A stretch of 64,000 nt of DNA from a virus (Duplodnaviria; Heunggongvirae; Uroviricota; Caudoviricetes), in IMG/VR virus record IMGVR_UViG_3300027833_000012, positions 112,257 to 176,256 of that record. One strand, given 5' to 3'. The position numbers and the translations under genes are program-made. This document shows positions 8,889 through 18,739 of the stretch, piece after piece. The first letter of the stretch is position 1. Each line of letters begins with the position of its first letter. A model generated the notes under the pieces. That model was not told the DNA's origin and ran no database searches. It saw nothing but the letters and a program-made list of their open reading frames with translations.

Positions 8889-11509
8889 TAATCTGGTTTT
8901 ATATATGTTATTACTGAACCAGTTAAATCAGTACATTCATCTGGTATACAGTCTAATTCATAAATATCTAATTTAAAATCTATCTTAAGACCTTTTTTTA
9001 ATAGGTCATCACAATCTATGGTTTCTGTAAACGTTACAATATTACCATCAATACTATAGTCTAAACCTAATTCGTTAGCTATCACTTGTAATTCATTCTG
9101 ATAATCCACATTTGTGGGATATAAATCAGGTACTGTTGGGTTGTTAGGTATTGTTTCACCACTATAAAAAATGTTTTCGTAAACTATTTCACAACCAACC
9201 TCAACACTAATACCCCATTCGGTCCTTAAACACTCATTTTCTATAGGTTTAAAGTCTTTAGGTACATTTTCATCTAAAATACTATAAAAGTCAATGTCGG
9301 TGTTAATATCAAGTTCAATTAAGTCTCCAATACAACAACAATCACCAGTTAAACCACTTGGGTTAATTTCACAACCTAATATATCTGGATTGTCATTTAT
9401 ATAACACCAAACATCGGTTTCAATACCACTAGATGGTTTTAATTCTAAATCAATCTCCTTAGTGTTAATGACTAATTTATGATGATTAACATCATATTCG
9501 GTTACTCTATCCTCTAAGTAAAAACCTCTATTATCCTTTTTATCGTAAGAAACCCAAGATTTTTTATTATCTATTATTTTTTCTATTTCAAATTTAGGTG
9601 GTTCAGATATGTAAGTCTCTATATTATCAACCTTTTCACAACTTTTATCAATACTTATTTTATCAATTAATATTGATAAATCAGAACATGAATTATTAAC
9701 CGTTAAGCTAATATTTATTAACCTACCTTTTATTAAAGAAATTATTTCTGGGTCACTTATTGTTAAGTCAAATCTTAACCAACAAGAGCTATACCAATTA
9801 GCTAATAATACTTCTAAATTAGCTTCCTCTTCTTTTGTTTTTGGTGGATTGTTAATTAAATATTGTGTGTAAATATCATTATTTAAAATCTTTATAATTG
9901 AATCACAACTATTACCACTAATCATTAACCCTGTGTTTGGTGAATTACTATTCACATGGTTATATAAATTACCAGTACCAATATTAAATAGATTTTCAGT
10001 ATAAACACTTAGGGTCTGGTTTAATTGTGTGTCAGTCACATCTAAATTCATTGACACATCAAAAGATTCTAACACATCTAAGTAATTTTTACAACTACCA
10101 TTAACTACTACACCTACAGTTATTTTTTCTAACTCAGCTTGTAAGGTATATAAAACTTTTTGAGCACTTCTTAAAAGTTGTGTATATTCAGTTATAGTAT
10201 TAAATGAAATAAACCTATCATAGACATCAAATCCACAATCTTCCTCATACCAACTTACATTACTAGGTTCAGAATTAACCAAACTATTAACATCATCACA
10301 ACCATACACATTAATATTATTACCCCTGGAATTTAACCAAATCTGATATGTTTGTGGTGAAAGTGTTGTTGACCAGGCATTAAGACCATCATCGGTTAAG
10401 CAGTATTTTTTATCACCACACTCTATAACATATGGTGGTATATTTAAATTAAACTCTCTTATTAAACTAGTTAACCTATTTATCTCAACTTCTTTTTCTG
10501 AAATATCTAATAAAATTTGAGTTATTAATACTTGTGTTTTATCATCCACATTACCAGTAATAGCATCTTCTAAATCAGAACAATCGTATTTAAATAAATA
10601 ATCAAACGAAATATTTAAACTACAAGTTTCATTATCATCATATGTAAATTTAGTCCCACTACCATCTTCCGAATTAATTATTATTTTATATGGTTCAAAA
10701 TCACAGTTAATGTCACCACCTGTGTCACCACCTGTGTCATCATCGGTATCACCACCTGTGTCATCATCGGTATCATCAACACCATCTGATAATTTTCTTA
10801 CTTTACAAAATTTACCGTTAACCCCAACTATATCCCAATAAAATTCATAATTATTATAAGTGCTAGTATTGTAATTTGGGTTATCTGAAAAAATTATACT
10901 ATTAGTGATAAAATTAAATTCATTGTAAGATTCACAACAAGTTTGACTAATATCATCATTTACTACAGATTCTTCAAGATTATCATTTAGATTATAGAAT
11001 AATAGTTCTGGGATGTCTGGACACTTAATATCATCATTAGTATCAACTACATAATCTCTAACCCTACATTGTCTTCCTGTCCAATAAAATTCATATATTG
11101 GTTCAGAATTATCAAAATCGAACTCACCTTCATGTATTATACCAGAAAAATCAACTCTTGGTGTATAATTAAACACACTATGTATATTACAACAATATTC
11201 TGTATCAACCCCAACAGCAAGCCCACCAACAATACCTTGGTCTATAGAACTTAAAATTTGTGGTTTAAATTCACATTTTTCAACTTTTTTAGAATTATTA
11301 TTAGAAGTTCCCCACTTACATTTTTGACTATTTATATCAAATTCATAACCAAGAAATTCACAACACATTTTATTTTCATGTGTTGTAATTGGCCCCCCAT
11401 TTGTGTCATATATTGATACTGTACCGTTTGAATTTTCAATAATCTGATAACCAGATTTTAAAAAACTTTCTCTACTAGTACAACCATTATTTAAATCTGA
11501 TTTATTCAT
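8888..11509 (-). CDS. Cys-rich putative virion protein with Asp/Gly/Thr linker repeat and coiled coil
   Basis: 873 aa; three CC...W...C modules at N-terminus; DDTDDDTGGDTDDDTGGDTGGD linker. Confidence 0.5.
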   Translation of the reverse strand: MNKSDLNNGCTSRESFLKSGYQIIENSNGTVSIYDTNGGPITTHENKMCCEFLGYEFDINSQKCKWGTSNNNSKKVEKCEFKPQILSSIDQGIVGGLAVGVDTEYCCNIHSVFNYTPRVDFSGIIHEGEFDFDNSEPIYEFYWTGRQCRVRDYVVDTNDDIKCPDIPELLFYNLNDNLEESVVNDDISQTCCESYNEFNFITNSIIFSDNPNYNTSTYNNYEFYWDIVGVNGKFCKVRKLSDGVDDTDDDTGGDTDDDTGGDTGGDINCDFEPYKIIINSEDGSGTKFTYDDNETCSLNISFDYLFKYDCSDLEDAITGNVDDKTQVLITQILLDISEKEVEINRLTSLIREFNLNIPPYVIECGDKKYCLTDDGLNAWSTTLSPQTYQIWLNSRGNNINVYGCDDVNSLVNSEPSNVSWYEEDCGFDVYDRFISFNTITEYTQLLRSAQKVLYTLQAELEKITVGVVVNGSCKNYLDVLESFDVSMNLDVTDTQLNQTLSVYTENLFNIGTGNLYNHVNSNSPNTGLMISGNSCDSIIKILNNDIYTQYLINNPPKTKEEEANLEVLLANWYSSCWLRFDLTISDPEIISLIKGRLINISLTVNNSCSDLSILIDKISIDKSCEKVDNIETYISEPPKFEIEKIIDNKKSWVSYDKKDNRGFYLEDRVTEYDVNHHKLVINTKEIDLELKPSSGIETDVWCYINDNPDILGCEINPSGLTGDCCCIGDLIELDINTDIDFYSILDENVPKDFKPIENECLRTEWGISVEVGCEIVYENIFYSGETIPNNPTVPDLYPTNVDYQNELQVIANELGLDYSIDGNIVTFTETIDCDDLLKKGLKIDFKLDIYELDCIPDECTDLTGSVITYIKPD
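10711..10778 (-). repeat. In-frame 24-bp and 12-bp tandem repeats encoding a D/T/G linker
   Basis: tcaccacctgtgtcatcatcggta at 10725-10748 and 10749-10772; tgtcaccacctg at 10711-10722 and 10723-10734. Confidence 0.9.
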
Positions 11510-11583
11510 TTAATAACCTTTAACTATAATTATATCATAATATACTTTTTTATTTATAAATGTAAAGATATTATCATTTTAAT

Positions 11584-14274
11584 CTATTCGTAAAGACTTT
11601 TTGTATAATCCTTACACCCCACCTCACCTATTGATTTTTTATATATATTTTGGTAAATACTATCAAATGAGTTAGGTATTTGTGCTAACCCTTTTAGATT
11701 AAGTTTACACCCATAACCTTCAACACCAGTGAATGGGTCAGTAATTATTTCTGGTGTTGTATAAAACACTGGACAAAAACAAGAATCAGCTTCACTTACT
11801 ACCCTAGGGTTACCTAACGGGTCAGTAAATTTTAAAAAGATACTATTTAACTCATTTGAATACATATCTGATATTGTATTACCGAATAAAACCCATTGAC
11901 AAGTTAAAAAACAACCACAACCACTATTACCTAAATCCTCATCTAAACCCTTTGAATTACAACAAACATAACCGCTGTTAATTGGGTTAACATCAAAACT
12001 AGGTGTATTATCAATTAATTGGTATTCCGAATGAAGAAAGGGTGTACCATTTGCGTTAGAAATACAACATTCCCTTTCAACATATACAGATGTCTTAGTT
12101 TTATCCGATAATGAACCGTCCATATTATAAAGTTTAGTTTCAAATAAAAATAAATTATCATAATCATCAAAGTCAATTGTATCGAAAGAATCCTCACAAT
12201 TTTTTTCAGAACTACAAGACCTATTATCCTTTATTTTTATAACCAGGGCTGAATCATTAGATGGTGCGTCACAAACACAATTAACTATTTCACATGTTGG
12301 GCAAGGGTCTAGTTCTATTCTGTTATCAAGTAATATCACATCACTTAAATCCACACCCTTTTCATTAACAACATCAACATATATGTTACCAGAATAACCA
12401 TTAATAACACCTTCATTATAATTACTAAATAACCCAACCTCACTATTTGTAACTGTTGTTGCTGTTACAGTAAATGGGTTAAAATTAGGTATTATATTTG
12501 ATAATTGATTTATATATTCTGTACCACCATCATAAGGTCCAACATGTGGGTTATTACCATCTAATATTAATAGACTTGATGACTCACCACCTGTCTCCCT
12601 ATACCATTGTCCACCCTTCTGAAAATACATATCTGATGTGTTTTCGAAAAATTTAGGATAACCTTCTTCATCTACATTATATAAATTAATATTAGTATCT
12701 AAATTATTATTTTCTAAAACTAAATTAAATAAGTCCATATCAATAGGACCCTTAACTTTATAAATATATTCATTGAAATTTATTAAACCATCTGGTGCAC
12801 CAATAAATTTAAAGAAAAATTCTATGACTTTTCTAGTACCCTTAGACTTCCATATCCAGGCTGAATTAAGAACCAACCTTCTCCACATTTCAATATCAGC
12901 CTCATTAGGTGTTAAACCTCTTTTATAACCACTATAAGTTGAAGATGATGTGTTTAAATAAGAATTTAATAAATCGTTATTAGCCATTGATGACACCATA
13001 TTCCAACCAAGTGTTCTACCTAGGTATTTAACTAATTGGTCTGGGGTATTATTCTTTTTATCATAAGTTACTATATTAGAAAAAGAAATCCCATCTATGT
13101 ATTTTTTAACTTCATCAAATTCTCTACCATAAATCTTAAGAGTTTTATTCATTTTTTGACCAGAAGCTTCATCACCAGAAACATCTATGGTAGGAATTGT
13201 ATCAAAATCTGATATTGATTGTGAAGTAAAAAATCTAGCTACCAAATTACTTTGGATTTCATCTTTACTTTCACTAATTTTTAATAATTCTGTAACATAT
13301 TCTACATATTGTTCAGTATTAAAATCAATATTATAACCATCACTAACTGGCCAAGTAAGTGTTTTAGTTCTATTAATTATTAAACCATCATCAGTTTCAG
13401 TCTTATAATTATAAGTCGATGTGAATATAGGGTTTATTAATCTATTTAATAAATTAGATTCAAATTTACTTAACGAGTTAAAGAAACTTTCATATAGAAT
13501 TTCGTTTGGTTTTATATGGTAAGTTTCATTTGTTGTTGGCTCTGTAATATCAAAAGGGTTTCCTTCTACCTCAAAATAAATAAAATCATCAATTAAATTA
13601 TTTGAACCAGTGAAACCTATTACATTAAAATCACCTAATTCTGTTGATATAACATAACTAAGAGAATTAATACTTAAATTCCTTAAATTATTACTCTCAT
13701 TAAAAGTGTTTATAATTGTACCGTTTTTTTGAAAATTAATACCAAATTTATTATCTATAAAATTTGTATCTACTTTAAATGTGGATTTATTTAAAACATC
13801 ATCATAAGTGTAATCTAACACTGTTGGACCCACCATAGTTCTTATATTAGTACTCCTAGTTGGTTTTATATAAAGTGATGCTGGCCAATTCGTAATTATA
13901 TTTTCAAGATTAACTCTTATAAATTCAGTAGCTGAACCAAAATAAGCGAATTTAGATAAATCAGTTTTATCGATATTAATATCTACATTAATATTATTAC
14001 TTAATAATGTCTTAGAAGTATTGTTAGTTAATTTTAAACCCTGTAAAGTGTAAAAATCACTATATTTTTTAGTATCATAAACTTTCGATGTTCTACCATC
14101 AAAATTTGTGGTAGTTACAAAGTTATTTAACGTGAATGTCGAATTTGCTCCACCATCACCTGTAGTTTGTTGATTACCAACTAAATCATCACTAAAGTTT
14201 CTATACTCAATACCATCATTGTAAAATTTTCTTTGAGCGTAACCTATTACCTTTATTCTTTCGTTTTCAGCCAT
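11584..14274 (-). CDS. Baseplate wedge protein (gp7/P2 gpI-like core) with Cys-rich C-terminus
   Basis: EMWRRLVLNSAWIWKSKGTRKVIEFFFKFIG resembles the KxKGT motif of gp7/Tail_P2_I wedge proteins; context downstream of gp6. Confidence 0.55.
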   Translation of the reverse strand: MAENERIKVIGYAQRKFYNDGIEYRNFSDDLVGNQQTTGDGGANSTFTLNNFVTTTNFDGRTSKVYDTKKYSDFYTLQGLKLTNNTSKTLLSNNINVDINIDKTDLSKFAYFGSATEFIRVNLENIITNWPASLYIKPTRSTNIRTMVGPTVLDYTYDDVLNKSTFKVDTNFIDNKFGINFQKNGTIINTFNESNNLRNLSINSLSYVISTELGDFNVIGFTGSNNLIDDFIYFEVEGNPFDITEPTTNETYHIKPNEILYESFFNSLSKFESNLLNRLINPIFTSTYNYKTETDDGLIINRTKTLTWPVSDGYNIDFNTEQYVEYVTELLKISESKDEIQSNLVARFFTSQSISDFDTIPTIDVSGDEASGQKMNKTLKIYGREFDEVKKYIDGISFSNIVTYDKKNNTPDQLVKYLGRTLGWNMVSSMANNDLLNSYLNTSSSTYSGYKRGLTPNEADIEMWRRLVLNSAWIWKSKGTRKVIEFFFKFIGAPDGLINFNEYIYKVKGPIDMDLFNLVLENNNLDTNINLYNVDEEGYPKFFENTSDMYFQKGGQWYRETGGESSSLLILDGNNPHVGPYDGGTEYINQLSNIIPNFNPFTVTATTVTNSEVGLFSNYNEGVINGYSGNIYVDVVNEKGVDLSDVILLDNRIELDPCPTCEIVNCVCDAPSNDSALVIKIKDNRSCSSEKNCEDSFDTIDFDDYDNLFLFETKLYNMDGSLSDKTKTSVYVERECCISNANGTPFLHSEYQLIDNTPSFDVNPINSGYVCCNSKGLDEDLGNSGCGCFLTCQWVLFGNTISDMYSNELNSIFLKFTDPLGNPRVVSEADSCFCPVFYTTPEIITDPFTGVEGYGCKLNLKGLAQIPNSFDSIYQNIYKKSIGEVGCKDYTKSLYE

Positions 14275-14276
14275 TT

Positions 14277-15188
14277 TTATACGTTTGCTATGTCATCGAA
14301 TCCTTTTGAAAAATCAATATTATTTAATCTATTCTCTTTAACCTCATAAAGTGGTTTACCTGAGAACCTATCCTTAATTTCAAATAAATTATGTTGTTTA
14401 TAAATATCATCATTAAAGTTATATAACGTATAAATACCATCTTCAAGACTTTTTGTTTGATTACCGAATAAACCAATAGCTAATGATTCAATATCATAAT
14501 CAACCAATTCAACTTCAAGCATGAATGGTGTGAAGAATGTGTTAGTTATTATAACCTCTTGATTAGGTGAACCTATAAATGGTAACACATTAGGAGTTAC
14601 ATTAGTAGGTGATGAAGGTGATACTGTACAAAAAACCAAACTTGAGTTATCGTTAAATCTATATCTAATAGCTTTTTGATTAGTATTAGTTAGATTTTGA
14701 TTAACTGGTTCTGACCTGTTATTAGATGTTACGATTTTAAAGAAATTTTGTAATTTACGCTCTTTAACACTCGCATCCGTATTAATATACTCAATCCTAT
14801 ACCCTATTAAATTATTATTCTCAAATTTATCAACAAATTGTGATACATTTGGGTCAGAAACATCGAATAATAACCCTTTCACATCTGGAAATGCTGATAA
14901 TACACCACAATCAACGATTTTAGTTCTCATTTCAACTGGTTTAAACATTATAGAATAAATACCCTTATTACTAAATAAATCTACTGGTAATTTAAGGGTG
15001 TATAAACCACCAAATATTTCAAAACTACTAGATGTGTTATTTGGGTTGTTTATTGGTACTAAATTCCGTGAATCTAATTTAAAAACATTAGTATTACTAG
15101 TTTCTCTATTTTCAGAATAGAAAACTGTAATATCAACGTCTGAAGGTGCCATATCTGCTGGTCTTATTGTTCCGTAAGTTCCACTCAT
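14277..15188 (-). CDS. Putative baseplate-region structural protein
   Basis: 303-aa ORF in tightly packed structural operon. Confidence 0.5.
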   Translation of the reverse strand: MSGTYGTIRPADMAPSDVDITVFYSENRETSNTNVFKLDSRNLVPINNPNNTSSSFEIFGGLYTLKLPVDLFSNKGIYSIMFKPVEMRTKIVDCGVLSAFPDVKGLLFDVSDPNVSQFVDKFENNNLIGYRIEYINTDASVKERKLQNFFKIVTSNNRSEPVNQNLTNTNQKAIRYRFNDNSSLVFCTVSPSSPTNVTPNVLPFIGSPNQEVIITNTFFTPFMLEVELVDYDIESLAIGLFGNQTKSLEDGIYTLYNFNDDIYKQHNLFEIKDRFSGKPLYEVKENRLNNIDFSKGFDDIANV

Positions 15189-15189
15189 A

Positions 15190-15315
15190 TTATTTCTTTT
15201 TTATTGCATTATAAATTATATCCAACTCATATTCACTCAGAGTGGATAATGTATTTAAAGATATGTTTAAATACTTAAATAGTACATACCTTTTATTGTA
15301 ATTTTCTTCAATCAT
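15190..15315 (-). CDS. Small 41-aa protein (not in ORF track)
   Basis: MIEENYNKRYVLFKYLNISLNTLSTLSEYELDIIYNAIKKK*; ATG overlaps upstream TGA (ATGA) and its stop lies 1 nt before next ATG, filling the gap exactly. Confidence 0.65.
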   Translation of the reverse strand: MIEENYNKRYVLFKYLNISLNTLSTLSEYELDIIYNAIKKK

Positions 15316-16166
15316 TTTATTATTTTATAAGAACCATTACCGTAATTAATTAACTCACCCATATTGGTTATTTCTGATAATTGTAAGTGAGATTGTAATA
15401 TTGTTGTCCTACCTCTATCTATAAATACATCACTTTCAACTTCTGGTGTACTTGTCACTCCTAATAAGTATTCTTCCTTAATACTTGCTGATAATGATGA
15501 GTTTGTTATATTAAAACCTTGAGCGTGATAATACATTTGAGTTAATGGTATGGTGAATTCACCATAATCATTATTAACTGACCTTAATGTATCATTAAAG
15601 GTTTTAAATAATATACCAGTACTTTGCGTTTCTAAACCTATTGTTGGGTCAGAACTGTCAACATCTTCAGTATAAATTATAGGGTTTAGGTTGTTATTAG
15701 ATATTACCCTTGAAACCCCATCAATATTATCTGATTTATAATCAATATAAACCTCTTTAGTGACATCAAAACCAACTTTGTATGTATTATCCTTATCATA
15801 CGATTTAACTAAGTCTAATCTATCCTCTGTAAAGCCAGAGATACTTGAACCTTCAATGAAATAATCAGATAAATCTTTTTCAGGGTCTCTAATTATATGT
15901 TGATTTGAATTTTGAGGTGGAAACTCACCACCCACCATAAAATTAAATATCTGATTATTTGATTGTAACTTATCTATTAATATCGAATAATTTGGTTGTG
16001 TATTATTTCTCTCAATGAATGGTAAATCAGTCATTATACCCATATCATCAGAATCCTGTGTTATGAATAAATTTATATGAAAATTATCAACCGTTAATTC
16101 ACCCCAATTTTCTTGAACCCTACTAGTGTAATCATCTAATGATATTTTTCTTTTTATAACTTCCAT
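15312..16166 (-). CDS. Putative structural protein
   Basis: 284-aa ORF, coupled (TAATG at 16166). Confidence 0.5.
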   Translation of the reverse strand: MEVIKRKISLDDYTSRVQENWGELTVDNFHINLFITQDSDDMGIMTDLPFIERNNTQPNYSILIDKLQSNNQIFNFMVGGEFPPQNSNQHIIRDPEKDLSDYFIEGSSISGFTEDRLDLVKSYDKDNTYKVGFDVTKEVYIDYKSDNIDGVSRVISNNNLNPIIYTEDVDSSDPTIGLETQSTGILFKTFNDTLRSVNNDYGEFTIPLTQMYYHAQGFNITNSSLSASIKEEYLLGVTSTPEVESDVFIDRGRTTILQSHLQLSEITNMGELINYGNGSYKIIK

Positions 16167-17020
16167 TATGTTGCGTTTATTTCATATAAGTTTATTGTAT
16201 ACTCATTGGTATTTATCTGAACATTACCATCAGAATACTGATTATCAATTCTATAATAATAACCATCATCATCTCTACTTAATATATACTTTGTATGTAG
16301 GTTATTTTTTAAATTTGTACCAGAAGTAGTTCTAGCTAATTCATCAACACTTAAATTTGGATTGTTGGTGGACATAAATTTAGTTGTCTTACCAGTCTTT
16401 GCATTAGCAAAAGATGCCCTCATAAACATTTCTTTAGGTACTGTTGGGATTACCTCATCTTTAAAGTAATATAAACTAAAACCCTCACCATTCATTTCTC
16501 TATTTATCAAATTATTACCTAACACGAATCTAACATCATAAGTATTAGGTTCTGGCACCGTACCATTTTGTTTATATTCATTAAGTGTAAATTTAGGGAA
16601 AATTGTTATGAAAAATAACAACCTTTGTGTAGAGTTGATATCAGTATCATAAAAATCTAACCTTAAAAATGATTTAACAAATTTATTCTTTTTAAATTTA
16701 AAATCATCATAATCAAAAGTTAATTCACTCCAATAAGTTGTTGGGTTATAACCACCAGAATCATTCAAAAACTTTAAATTATAATTTAATGAACTTATTA
16801 TTGACCCCGTATCAATATTCTTAGGTAAAAACTTTACCTTTTCGTAATCTAATATTTGGTTTATCGATTTTTCTAATTCAACATCAACAAATTTAGTATT
16901 AATAATATCAGACTTAGCGACAATATCTGGTGTATGATTTATTGGGATATTTAAATCCATACCATTAATATTATTTTTATTTGGTTTTAAAATTTTATAT
17001 TTATTAACACGCATCTCCAT
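16166..17020 (-). CDS. Putative structural protein
   Basis: 284-aa ORF overlapping neighbours in structural operon. Confidence 0.5.
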   Translation of the reverse strand: MEMRVNKYKILKPNKNNINGMDLNIPINHTPDIVAKSDIINTKFVDVELEKSINQILDYEKVKFLPKNIDTGSIISSLNYNLKFLNDSGGYNPTTYWSELTFDYDDFKFKKNKFVKSFLRLDFYDTDINSTQRLLFFITIFPKFTLNEYKQNGTVPEPNTYDVRFVLGNNLINREMNGEGFSLYYFKDEVIPTVPKEMFMRASFANAKTGKTTKFMSTNNPNLSVDELARTTSGTNLKNNLHTKYILSRDDDGYYYRIDNQYSDGNVQINTNEYTINLYEINAT

Positions 17021-18737
17021 CTGATTTTACTATAAACTTATCTGTAACCCCATCACCTATAGGGTCCTTTGGTGAAAAATTATCCTCACTTGCAATACCA
17101 CTGTAATAAAGGTCATATACTCCAAACGGGTCTTGTCTTTTTGTACCAAAACATAAATATTTATGTATATAGTGATTTCCGTTGGTAAATGGGTAATCTA
17201 AGAAATCCCCCTCACCATCATAAACACCTATATCTAATAAATCTCTCCATAAAAATCTACCATCACCAATATTTTCAGCATACTCAGGAATACCAGAAGT
17301 ATTAGAGTCACCTTGTTCTATATAAAGTGAATATTCCCTTATCTTAACCAAATGATGTGGTTTGTATAAATAACCTTCCCTTCTTGGTCCCTCAGCTAAA
17401 CCAGTATATTTAGTTTCTCTATCCTTTGTGTTTACTCTATGTAATACATCTGATAGTATTTTTTCCCTTAACTCTAATTTATTATATTCAACAACATCAC
17501 CATAAAATTCATCAAAATTGTTATTTATTCCGTCCTCTAATGGTGTTTGAGATGTGAAATAATCTGGGTCATTTACTGGTCCATCATGTATTCTTCTTAC
17601 ATTAGAAATATCATCACTTAAATTTCCAGGTGAAAATTCTAAATCAAAACCAGATTTAATATTAGTAAACATTTCATCATTACCAGTCTTAATTAATGTT
17701 AAGTATAATTCACTAAGTGGTCTACCTAAATTATCCACTAAACCGCTAATATCTATATCTTCAGTAAATGTTAATTGATAATTAGTATCTTTAAATATAT
17801 TTTTACTAAATGCTAATGGATAAATTTCGTAATTATCTTGATTTAATATTAATTTCTTAAATTTTCTAACATAATAATCAGACTCTTGATTGTTAACCAA
17901 CCTCTTAACTCTACCGTTTGAAAAATTAATACCAGTAGGTACCGTACTTGGGTCTATGTTTATTACGAAATAAATATTTTTATAATCCCCATTATCTAAC
18001 CCTAACTTAGTAACCGTAAAATCACCATTATAATTTTGGTTAGGCATATTACTTAATCTAACTTTATCACCGTTATTAAGTCCATGATAAGTTGATGTTC
18101 CAAGAGCTACCATAGGTACTGAACCCACATTTACTATTTCAGCCTCTGTGATTAATAAACCACCATTAACAATTACATGTGAATCATCTGAATCATATGG
18201 GTACGTAATTGTAACATCCCAATTTTTCTTAACATTAGAATTTAAATCAAATCTAGCTCTAGTTGGTTCTAAATCATAATATTCACATAAAACTGATTTA
18301 GTTAAGTCTGGGTCGTAAAACCCAAACCAACCATCAATCTCTTTTAAATGGTAATTTAATGACTCTTTAAAATTAAATTCTATCTCACCTGTAAAATCAC
18401 CATCATATGGGTTTTCTAAAAATATTGGGTCGTTAAGTGTTTCTAAAGCATTACCATTTTTTGGTATGATTGAATCACCGAAAGTACCTAAATTTTTATT
18501 ACCCCTCATATTATATAATACGTTACTAAATAATGGGCTTAATGTAAAAGTTAATCTATAACTTTTAGAATCTTGACGCTCTTTATTAAATTGCTCACCA
18601 ACATTTAAAACTTTATTAATATCACTTAATGGTATATCCCTTCTATCATCACTAATATCAACCCTAACATAATTATTAACATTAACATCACCCTTAGAAC
18701 GCTCACTCTTTAAAACATATTTATATCTTTTACTCAT
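17004..18737 (-). CDS. Putative structural protein (beta-barrel-like central insert)
   Basis: 577 aa; STYHGLNNGDKVRLS..NGDFTV motif resembles small beta-barrel inserts in baseplate proteins. Confidence 0.45.
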   Translation of the reverse strand: MSKRYKYVLKSERSKGDVNVNNYVRVDISDDRRDIPLSDINKVLNVGEQFNKERQDSKSYRLTFTLSPLFSNVLYNMRGNKNLGTFGDSIIPKNGNALETLNDPIFLENPYDGDFTGEIEFNFKESLNYHLKEIDGWFGFYDPDLTKSVLCEYYDLEPTRARFDLNSNVKKNWDVTITYPYDSDDSHVIVNGGLLITEAEIVNVGSVPMVALGTSTYHGLNNGDKVRLSNMPNQNYNGDFTVTKLGLDNGDYKNIYFVINIDPSTVPTGINFSNGRVKRLVNNQESDYYVRKFKKLILNQDNYEIYPLAFSKNIFKDTNYQLTFTEDIDISGLVDNLGRPLSELYLTLIKTGNDEMFTNIKSGFDLEFSPGNLSDDISNVRRIHDGPVNDPDYFTSQTPLEDGINNNFDEFYGDVVEYNKLELREKILSDVLHRVNTKDRETKYTGLAEGPRREGYLYKPHHLVKIREYSLYIEQGDSNTSGIPEYAENIGDGRFLWRDLLDIGVYDGEGDFLDYPFTNGNHYIHKYLCFGTKRQDPFGVYDLYYSGIASEDNFSPKDPIGDGVTDKFIVKSDGDAC

Positions 18738-18739
18738 AA

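Noticed and set aside
6082-11509. 6082..6720 as a split C-terminal part of 8888..11509 separated by an inserted gene
   Set aside because: Plausible from composition but cannot be supported without homolog alignments
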